A stretch of 64,000 nucleotides of DNA from an uncultured Actinomycetota bacterium. GTDB taxonomy: Bacteria > Actinomycetota > Thermoleophilia > RBG-16-64-13. Of this stretch, positions 29,977 through 38,027 are shown in pieces (position 1 is the stretch's first letter; the number at the start of each line of letters is the position of its first letter). Location of the stretch: the NCBI GenBank assembly GCA_963822135.1, contig CAWGGI010000010.1, forward strand, positions 385,674 to 449,673, in the 5' to 3' direction. A program made the position numbers and the translations under genes. The notes under the pieces are model-generated. The model was not told the DNA's origin. It saw only the letters and a list, made by a program, of their open reading frames with translations, and did not search any database.

Positions 29977-31353
29977 ATGATTTCCGAAGCTGAACTGATG
30001 GGACTGTCCTTCCCCGATGCCCCCAAGATGATCACCAAGGTCCCCGGGCCCAAGGTGGCGGCGCTCATGGAAGAGTCGGCCAAGTACGAGGCCTTCACCC
30101 GGGGCGGCGGCGGCTTCCCCGTCATCCTCGAGGAGGGCAAAGGGGCCACCGCCAAGGATGCCGACGGCAATCTCTATATAGACATGGCAGCTGGAGTGGC
30201 GGTCAACGCGGTGGGTAGAGGGCATCCACTGATCCTCGAGGCCATCAACCGGCAGTGCAACCTGATCATGCACACCACCGACATCACCAACCCCAAGCGC
30301 ATAGCCTTGGCCAAGAAGGTCTCCGAGGTCATGCCTGAAGGGCTGCGCGGCAACTGCCATACCTCGTTCTTCCAGGCGGGATCCGACGCGGTCGAGACCG
30401 CCATAAAGTTCTCCCGTCGCCACACCGGCAGGACACAGATCCTGGCGTTCCAGGGCGCCTACCATGGGGTCTGGTGCGGCACCAGCGCTCTCACCACCGG
30501 TTACAACTACCGGCACGGCTGGGGCCCGCTCATCGCCGGCGTCCAGCATCTGCCCTACGGCTACTGTTATCGCTGCCCGTTCAACATGACCTACCCCGAC
30601 TGCGACGTGCAGTGCGGCAAGTATGTCGACTACGTGCTCAACACGCCGTACACGGCTGCCGACGACGTGGCCGCCGTCATCGTGGAGTCGCAGCAGGGTG
30701 AAGGCGGTTACGTGGCGCCGCCTCCCGAGTTCTTCCAGCTCATCAAAGCCGCCTGCGAGAAGTATGGATGCCTCTACGTGGCCGACGAGGTGCAGTCCGG
30801 TGCCGGCCGCACGGGCAAGATGTGGTGCATCGAACATACCGGTGTGCAGCCCGACATGCTCACCTGGGGCAAGGGGATGGGAGGAGATCTTCCCATGGCC
30901 GGCCTTACCTACCGGGCCGAGATCGAGAAGAGCCTGGCGGAAGGCTCGCAGCCCAGCACCTTCGCCGGCAACGCCCTCGGCTGCGAAGTGTGCATGACCA
31001 ACATCGACATCATCCTCGATCCGCAGATGGACCTTCTTGGACGCGCGACTCAGCTTGGAGACGAGATCCGGGCCAAGTTCATCGACGCCATGCCCAACGT
31101 CACGTGCATCGGTGACGTACGGGGGCGCGGCCTGATGCTCGGCGTCGAGGTGGTGGCCGACCGCAAGACCAAAGAGCCGCTCGCGGGCGCCAAGTGCGGC
31201 GAGATCGCCTTCAAGCTGCTCAACCGGGGCGTGCTCATGACTCCGTGCGGCCGCTACGGCAACGTATTCCGCTTCATGCCGCCGCTGACGGTCCCGCGGG
31301 AGTACGCCTACAAGGCCACCGACATCATGATCGACGTTCTCAAGGAGTACTGA
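29977..31353 (+). CDS. class-III (omega/GABA-type) PLP aminotransferase
   Basis: DADGNLYIDMAAGVAVNAVGRGHP, FQAGSDAVETAIK, ADEVQSGAGRTGKMW, and the PLP lysine in TWGKGMGG. Confidence 0.85.
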   Translation: MISEAELMGLSFPDAPKMITKVPGPKVAALMEESAKYEAFTRGGGGFPVILEEGKGATAKDADGNLYIDMAAGVAVNAVGRGHPLILEAINRQCNLIMHTTDITNPKRIALAKKVSEVMPEGLRGNCHTSFFQAGSDAVETAIKFSRRHTGRTQILAFQGAYHGVWCGTSALTTGYNYRHGWGPLIAGVQHLPYGYCYRCPFNMTYPDCDVQCGKYVDYVLNTPYTAADDVAAVIVESQQGEGGYVAPPPEFFQLIKAACEKYGCLYVADEVQSGAGRTGKMWCIEHTGVQPDMLTWGKGMGGDLPMAGLTYRAEIEKSLAEGSQPSTFAGNALGCEVCMTNIDIILDPQMDLLGRATQLGDEIRAKFIDAMPNVTCIGDVRGRGLMLGVEVVADRKTKEPLAGAKCGEIAFKLLNRGVLMTPCGRYGNVFRFMPPLTVPREYAYKATDIMIDVLKEY

Positions 31354-31383
31354 CAGCAGGGATCCACGCGGGGGGAGCGCTCG

Positions 31384-32328
31384 ATGGGGGATCAAGCGCG
31401 CTGGATATCGGTAGGGGAACTGGCTGAGGCCTTCGGTCCCGACAGCCACACCCCTGTGGCAGTCGCGGACCTTGCGGGCACCGTGCAGACGCTCCACTTC
31501 GAGGACGAGCGGGTCGTCGAACACCGCTTCCTATCGGAATCCGCGTTGGTCTGGACGGTGAGCGGGGGCCCCGCCGAGGGGGCCACCGGGAAGGCGGACT
31601 ATCGGGCGCTGAAGGTGCGCAAGGGCATCTACTTCGTTGACTTCGTCGCCCACCAGGCGCCACCTACCGCGATCAGTCTGGTCCTCGATCTCGAGCGACA
31701 GATAGCCACGTCTCTGATCGCCCGCCTACCTGAGCGGCCGGATGTCGGCCGCTCGCTGCTCGCCCGGATCAACGCAGGAGAGGAGCCCACGGCGGTGTCC
31801 GCCGACTTCTCGAGTGCGGCGATCGGCACCCCGTTTACCGCGGCCACGCCCCGACACGAATCCACGCGCGATCTCATCGGCCGGCGCATCGAGTACACGT
31901 ACAGCCTCACGGAACGCTACGAGCACATCTACCTCAACGAGCACCTCTACACATGGCACTGCCTTCTGGGGTCGGAGAAGGGGCTGGCCGACACCGATCG
32001 GTGCCATCACTTCAACCTGGGAGACCAGCTCTACCTGTTCGTGTGGAGGGAGAAGATCGTTCCCACACTCGGCGCCGTCGTCGTTGATCTCGCGGCCATG
32101 CGCACGATGGGGAAGATATACGGGCACGCGCAGGCTGGGGACCCGGACGGTCGTCCCGCGCAGGCCGGCTTCGCCCCTGCCGACTCCGTCCCTGCGGGCG
32201 CGGCGACGACCGGCGGGACCATCGGTCGCCGCGCGAGCTCTCCTCCGCCTGGTGTGGTGAACTTCTTGGTCGGTGCGCGCGCACGTCTCCTCGACGTGAC
32301 GGTTTATGGCGAGGAGAGTGCACGGTGA
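31384..32328 (+). CDS. MoaF-like (calycin-type, two-domain) protein
   Basis: Pattern LAGTVQTLHFED..YRALKVRKGIYFVDF.. and ..RIEYTYSLTERYEHIYLNEHLYTWHCLLGSEKG..LYLFVWREK resembles the MoaF N- and C-terminal domains from memory. The last 70 or so codons are low-complexity. Confidence 0.45.
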   Translation: MGDQARWISVGELAEAFGPDSHTPVAVADLAGTVQTLHFEDERVVEHRFLSESALVWTVSGGPAEGATGKADYRALKVRKGIYFVDFVAHQAPPTAISLVLDLERQIATSLIARLPERPDVGRSLLARINAGEEPTAVSADFSSAAIGTPFTAATPRHESTRDLIGRRIEYTYSLTERYEHIYLNEHLYTWHCLLGSEKGLADTDRCHHFNLGDQLYLFVWREKIVPTLGAVVVDLAAMRTMGKIYGHAQAGDPDGRPAQAGFAPADSVPAGAATTGGTIGRRASSPPPGVVNFLVGARARLLDVTVYGEESAR

Positions 32329-32431
32329 ACCACGCCGGGAGGTCCATGCTAATCTGTTTGCCGCGAGCCTTCAGCCCGGCCGGCGACCGGGCGGGACCGT
32401 GCAGAAGTGGGCGACGGGTGTTGGGGGGAGA

Positions 32432-33292
32432 ATGAGCCAAGCACTGGTGACCGGGCTCAACGGCCTGTCCTACGCCTTCATCCTCTTCCTGGTCGCAGCC
32501 GGCTTCTCCCTGACTTTCGGTGTCATGGGCGTGCTCAACCTTGCGCACGGCGCGCTCTACATGTTCGGCGCTTACGTCGGCCTGCAGATAATCAATATGT
32601 TGGGCGCTTTCTGGCTGGCGATCGTCGCTGCCGCTATCGCGCTGGCTGTGATCGGCTTCTCTCTGTATTGGTTCTTCCTGCGCAAGCTCTACGGCAAGGT
32701 CCCCGAACAGGGGGTGCTCACCATAGGAGTGAGCTACATGGTCGCCAACATGGTGGTCTGGATATGGGGGCCACGCGCCAAGATCATGCAAACGCCCGAA
32801 TTCCTGACCGGTGCGGTCACGATTGGGGGCCTGAGCTTCCCTATCTACCGCATCTTCATCTGTGGCGCCGGGCTGCTCGTACTCGGTGTGCTCTGGTACA
32901 TCCAAGACCGGACCCGCGCCGGGGCCATCATCCGCGCCGGCATGGACAACAAGGAAATGACCGTCAGCCTGGGCATCAACTACGGGCTGGTCAGCACCGC
33001 GGTGTTCCTGCTGGGGATGGCGTTGGCGGGGATCGCCGGGGTTCTCGGCTCCCCCATCCTGGGCGCCTATCCCACCATGGGGGACAACCTGCTGCTACTC
33101 ACCCTGATCGTCGTCGTGGTGGGGGGCACCGGCTACATCCAGGGGACCATGCTGGGGGCGCTCGTCATCGGGCTGCTCGACACCTTTGGTAAGGCCTATC
33201 TCCCCGATTACTCCATGTTCTTCGCCTGGGTGGTGTTCATCATCGTGCTGCTGGTTCGGCCTAGCGGCCTCATCGGCAGGAAGGTCTTCTGA
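32432..33292 (+). CDS. livH: LivH-type ABC permease (second system)
   Basis: Intact. LVTGLNGLSYAFILFLVAAGFSLTFGVMGVLNLAHGALYMFGAY. Confidence 0.85.
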   Translation: MSQALVTGLNGLSYAFILFLVAAGFSLTFGVMGVLNLAHGALYMFGAYVGLQIINMLGAFWLAIVAAAIALAVIGFSLYWFFLRKLYGKVPEQGVLTIGVSYMVANMVVWIWGPRAKIMQTPEFLTGAVTIGGLSFPIYRIFICGAGLLVLGVLWYIQDRTRAGAIIRAGMDNKEMTVSLGINYGLVSTAVFLLGMALAGIAGVLGSPILGAYPTMGDNLLLLTLIVVVVGGTGYIQGTMLGALVIGLLDTFGKAYLPDYSMFFAWVVFIIVLLVRPSGLIGRKVF

Positions 33293-34280
33293 TGAGACGG
33301 CGCTCCCTTCAAGGAAGTCGCCCTGCCCGTGCTTGTGATCGGCGTGCTCATACTGGTGCTTCCGATGTTTATCCCCCAGTACGTGAGCGGTCTCGTCACC
33401 AAGATGATGTACTACGGCCTCTTCGGGCTGAGCCTCAACATCATCTGGGGTTATGCCGGTATCCCCAGTTTCGGCCACGCCGCCTTCTACGGCGTGGGCG
33501 CCTACACCGCTGGAATCCTGGCGCTGAAGACGGATATCGGCAACTTCTGGGCGACCCTGGCGCTGGCCATCATCGCGACGGCAGTGGTCGCGGCGATCCT
33601 CGGGATACCTGCCTTCCGAGTGTTCGGAGTGGGCGCGGGCGCCACCAACCCCATCTATTTCCTGCTGGTCACCCTCGCGTTCGGGGAGTTGCTCTCGCGA
33701 CTCGCCATATCGGCAAGACCGGTGACCGGGGGATCGACCGGCCTGAGCGGGATCCCCGAACCGGATCTCGGCTTCGGCATAGCCGTCAACTCGCAGGAGT
33801 TACTACTATCTGGTCTTTGCCGTTTTGGTCATCTGTGCGTACCTCATCTACCGCATCGTGAACTCCCACTACGGTTACGCGCTCAGGGGTATCCACGACA
33901 ACGAACGCCGCATGCAGGCGCTGGGATACAACACCTGGCTCTACAAGTACACGTCATGGATCATCGCCGCCGTGTTCGGTGGTGTCGCCGGCGTGTTGTT
34001 CGTGTACGACAGCGGCACCCTGCTTCCCAGGAGCCTTGCCATGGCCACCAGCGACATCGCCTTCCTCCTCGTCATCATGGGGAGCACGACCGTGTTCTTC
34101 GGCCCGCTGGTGGCGTCAGTCGTGTTCGTGGGAGTCGAGTACATCGCCAGCCTCTATCTGCCGGCCCGCTGGCCACTCATCTTCGGGGCGATGTTCGTGT
34201 TCACCATCATGGTCATCCCTCAGGGGCTGGGAGTGTGGGTCCTGGGGCTGTGGAGGAGGGTCATCCGTGGCTCTGCTTGA
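33292..34280 (+). CDS. livM: LivM-type ABC permease (second system); frame changes near 33300 and 33800
   Basis: GLSLNIIWGYAGIPSFGHAAFYGVGAYT.. in ORF 33329. ..YALRGIHDNERRMQALGYNTWLYKYTSWIIAAVFGGVAG.. in ORF 33825. Confidence 0.8.
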
Positions 34281-35025
34281 GACCAGGGGGATATGGGTCC
34301 ACTTCGGGGGTCTGGCGGCGGTCAAGGATGTCAGCCTGGCCATCGAGCAGGGCGAACGGGTGGCGCTCATAGGTCCGAACGGGGCAGGCAAGACCACCTT
34401 CTTCAACGTCCTTACCGGTCAGCTGAAGCCTTCGGCAGGCTCGGTGCATTTCAAGGACGTCGATATCACCAACCATTCCGTGTTCTCCCGCGCCCACATG
34501 GGGATGGCGCGTTCGTTTCAGATCACCAGCCTCTTCCCCAACGAGACCGTTCTTGTCAACACGTTGATCGCTCTTCAGGGAACGAGGCAGGGGAGGTATG
34601 GCCTCGTCCGCTACTTCATGAAGGACAAGAAGTTGCGGAGCGACGCGCAGGAGTTGCTGGAATCCATCGATCTCTGGGACCTGAGGGAAGCTCGCGTCGG
34701 GTCGCTCGCCTACGGGCTGGCACGAAAACTCGAGATCACCCTGCCGCTGGCCAGTGAGCCGGACCTACTGTTGCTGGACGAGCCCAGCTGCGGGCTGACC
34801 ACGGTGGAGAGCGCCGACATCACCACGCGCATCCGAGCCCTCGGGTCGAAGATAACCGTCCTGATGATCGCTCACGACATGGACCTCGTGTTCGGGGTGG
34901 CCGACAGGGTCATACTCCTTCACTACGGCGAGATCGCCTGTGAGGGCACCTGCGACGAGATCCGCGCCAACCCGATGGTGAGAGAGATCTACATGGGCAA
35001 CCGCAAATCTCTCACGGGTGCATGA
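34267..35025 (+). CDS. livG: LivG-type ABC ATPase (second system)
   Basis: GTG start. LLETRGIWVHFGGLAAV, Walker A GPNGAGKTT, Walker B LLLLDEPS, end REIYMG. Confidence 0.85.
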   Translation: MALLETRGIWVHFGGLAAVKDVSLAIEQGERVALIGPNGAGKTTFFNVLTGQLKPSAGSVHFKDVDITNHSVFSRAHMGMARSFQITSLFPNETVLVNTLIALQGTRQGRYGLVRYFMKDKKLRSDAQELLESIDLWDLREARVGSLAYGLARKLEITLPLASEPDLLLLDEPSCGLTTVESADITTRIRALGSKITVLMIAHDMDLVFGVADRVILLHYGEIACEGTCDEIRANPMVREIYMGNRKSLTGA

Positions 35026-35035
35026 GGGTGCGGAC

Positions 35036-35806
35036 ATGCTAGAGATCAAAGACATCCACACGTGGTACGGGGACAGCTACATACTCCAGGGCGTCTCGCT
35101 GGAGGTGAAGGACGCGACGATCGTGACCCTGCTGGGCCGCAATGGCATGGGCAAGACCACCACCATCCGCTCCATCATGGGGCTCACACCACCGCGCAAG
35201 GGCAGCATCACGTTCAACGGAACGGAGCTCGTCGGCCTGCAGCCTCACAAGATCGCCCGCCTGGGCATCGGGCTCATACCGCAGGGCAGGCTCATCTTCT
35301 CGTCACTCTCGGTGCTCGAGAACCTCAAGATGGCCGCCCGCACCAGCGGCAAGGACGACCCGTGGACTCTTGACAAGGTGTTCACCATCTTCCCCAAACT
35401 GGCCGAACGGCGCAAGAACAAGGGGAACCTGCTGAGCGGGGGCGAGCAGCAGATGCTGACCATCGCCCGCGCGCTCATGACCAACCCCGACCTTCTGTTG
35501 TTCGACGAGCCTTCGGAGGGGCTGGCGCCGGTGGTGGTCGACGAGGTCTTCAGAGTCATCGAGCGACTCAAGGAGGCCGGTGAATCGATCCTTCTGGTGG
35601 AGCAGGACTTCGGCATGGCCATGAGCGTGGCCGACTACGCCTACATTATGAGCAAAGGGACCATCGTGTACGAATCCACGCCGGACCAATTGATCGAGAA
35701 CGAGCGGATCAAGAGCACGTACTTGGGCGTGGGGGAGAGCGAGGAAGGAGGCGACGCGCGTGTCTCGCAGGGAGAGATCGGCAAAGCAGAGTATGAAGGG
35801 GGATAG
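35036..35806 (+). CDS. livF: LivF-type ABC ATPase (second system)
   Basis: MLEIKDIHTWYG, GRNGMGKTT, LSGGEQQMLTIARAL, LLLFDEPS. Confidence 0.85.
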   Translation: MLEIKDIHTWYGDSYILQGVSLEVKDATIVTLLGRNGMGKTTTIRSIMGLTPPRKGSITFNGTELVGLQPHKIARLGIGLIPQGRLIFSSLSVLENLKMAARTSGKDDPWTLDKVFTIFPKLAERRKNKGNLLSGGEQQMLTIARALMTNPDLLLFDEPSEGLAPVVVDEVFRVIERLKEAGESILLVEQDFGMAMSVADYAYIMSKGTIVYESTPDQLIENERIKSTYLGVGESEEGGDARVSQGEIGKAEYEGG

Positions 35807-35825
35807 CGTGACAAAGGGGGAGAAG

Positions 35826-37083
35826 ATGAACAGGAGACTACTACTGATCGTGCTACTCGCACTGATGGTAGGCGTGTCGGCTGCGTTGGTGGCATGCGGA
35901 GATGAATCGACCGAGACGACGGCGACCACGGCCGGCGGGACCGAGACCACCGCGACGAACGGAGCAGCCACCGGCGAGCCCATCAAGTTCGGCTTCAACG
36001 AGGGCTTCACGGAGTTCATGGCCTACGACTGCGAGCTGGCCGACAAGGGCGTCAAAGACGCTCTCGACATGCTCGGCAACCAGTGGAACGGGCGGCCGCT
36101 CGAGTACTATCCCGGAGGACAACGCCTCCAATCCCGAGATCGCGGTGCAGAAGGCCGAGAAGCTGGTCGAGAGCGACAAGATCAACGTCATGATCGGCCC
36201 GATCTTCTCGCCATCGGCGAAGGCAGTCGACCGACTACCTCGGCAAGTCGTCGGGCATCCCGCAGATCTCGATCGTGGGTCAGCCGGCGGAGAACTTGGA
36301 GACCGCCAACGGGCTTGCCTTCATCCACACCGGGTTCTTCGACTCGCACGGGTACTACTTCGGGAAGTACCTTGCGGAGAAGGGCTTCAAGACCGCCAAT
36401 GTCATCAACTATGACGACACACCCGCCTATGCCCTGACGGCGGGCTTCAAGAAGGCCTTCGTCGACGAGGGTGGCGGACAGGTGCTGAGCGAGAACTACG
36501 TCGACATAACCGCGGTCGACTTCAGCGCCTATCTGTCGGCCATGAAACCGGCCGATGTCACGGTGAACTGGATCTTCGGCAACGGCGCTGTGCCCTTCGT
36601 CAAGCAGTACAAGGACTACGGGCTCACAGCTCCCCTGGCAACGACCATGTCGAACAACTTCAGCGATGCGCAGCTGGCCGAACTGGGCGATATCTCGCTG
36701 GGTATGCTCGCCTGCGACTACTATGCGTACACCATCGACAACCCGCTGAACAAGGAGTTCGTCGCCGCCTACGAGAAGGTCTACCCGGGGGAAAAACCCA
36801 CTCCGCAGGGCTACGGTGCCTGGCAAGGCGTCATGATGTACCTGAAGGGACTGGAGGCCACCGGTGGCGACACGACGCCGGCCAAGGTGATCGAGGCCAT
36901 GTCGAACATGACCTTCGACAGCCCGGCCGGGCAAGGTGACAATCGTTCCCTACAAGAATGCCTTCGTAGGCAAGCGCGACTTCTTCATGCTCGAGGTACA
37001 GAAGGTCGGCGACGTATGGACCTGGGTCCCGTTAAGACGTACGAGCAGGTGCTGCTGGGCGACCTGGGGCCATCGGGCAGTAG
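35826..37083 (+). CDS. LivK-family substrate-binding lipoprotein (second system); at least 4 frame changes, 3' end uncertain
   Basis: Signal peptide plus lipobox (SAALVAC), Thr-rich linker, then PIKFGFNEG... Pieces lie in ORFs 35760, 35902, 36275 and 36936. ..VKTYEQV is near the end. Confidence 0.75.
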
Positions 37084-37122
37084 TGCTCCTCCTACGCCGA
37101 AGACCAGCCAAGGTCAATACTC

Positions 37123-37152
37123 GGGCCCCCGTCGCGATCGCGACGGGGGCCC
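37123..37152. terminator. perfect 30-bp palindrome between convergent genes
   Basis: GGGCCCCCGTCGCGATCGCGACGGGGGCCC. No clear T-tract on either strand. Confidence 0.5.
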
Positions 37153-37201
37153 GGTCTTCATCGTCTGCCGGCGCCGGCGGATTGGCGTCGTGCGACGGGG
37201 C

Positions 37202-38020
37202 CTACTTGGCCAGCGCTATGTCGCCCAGGTTGACGTCATCTTCAGTGCTGATCGCGTCGATGCTCTTGGTCGCGAAGCCGGGAGCGGCGATCGTGAGGCT
37301 GTAAGTGCCCCCGCCGGCCAGACCCCGGAACCAGAAGTCGCCGAAGCCATCGGTAGTGGTGGAGCAGGTGGCACCGTCCGCGCCGGTGAGCGTCAGGGTG
37401 GCGCCCTCGACGATCTCCTTGTCGGCGGGGTCGTACACCGTGCCGGCGATGAACTTCTTGGGTATGTTCAGGTAGTACACCCGCGGCTTGGCGCCGCTCT
37501 CGGGCAGGAGCACCTCAGCCTTGGCGATCTCGGCTGCGAAATCGGCTTCCTCGCCGAACTTGATGGCCTCGGTGGGGCAGGCGTCGGCGCAGCGTGGGAT
37601 CTTCCACTCGCCGCCGTCCAGAAGGTGAGCGCATCCCGTGCACTTCTGAGCGAGGTTGAGATCGTCGTTGAAGTAGATCGCCTTGTACGGACAGGAGTCG
37701 ACGCAGTTTCTGCACCCCGTGCACTTGTCGGTGTCGATGATCACCAGGCCGTCGTCGCGCTTGTAGATCGCCCCCTCGATGGGGCAGGCCGGGATGCAGG
37801 GAGCGTCGTCACAATGCATGCACGGGTTGGGGACATAGTGCATCTCCACCTTGGGCACCGTGCCGCGGATGTGCTCGTCGAGTCTCATCCAGAACTGGCC
37901 CGTATCGGGCTGGGGCTTGGCGATCGGCGACCAGTCGTTACCGACGTGCTCGTCCTTGCAGACGAACTGGCAGGCATAGCAGCCTACGCACAGATCGACA
38001 TCTATCACGAAGACCTTCAT
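37202..38020 (-). CDS. pyrogallol-hydroxytransferase-type small (beta, FeS) subunit with a C-terminal beta-sandwich domain (pair 1)
   Basis: Intact 272 aa. CVGCYACQFVC, CMHCDDAPCIPACP, CTGCRNCVDSCP, CTGC..CADACP. The last 80 or so aa (37202-37453), GTVYD..TDGFGDFWFRGL..YSLTI, look carboxypeptidase-regulatory/Ig-like. Confidence 0.8.
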   Translation of the reverse strand: MKVFVIDVDLCVGCYACQFVCKDEHVGNDWSPIAKPQPDTGQFWMRLDEHIRGTVPKVEMHYVPNPCMHCDDAPCIPACPIEGAIYKRDDGLVIIDTDKCTGCRNCVDSCPYKAIYFNDDLNLAQKCTGCAHLLDGGEWKIPRCADACPTEAIKFGEEADFAAEIAKAEVLLPESGAKPRVYYLNIPKKFIAGTVYDPADKEIVEGATLTLTGADGATCSTTTDGFGDFWFRGLAGGGTYSLTIAAPGFATKSIDAISTEDDVNLGDIALAK

Positions 38021-38027
38021 CTATGCC

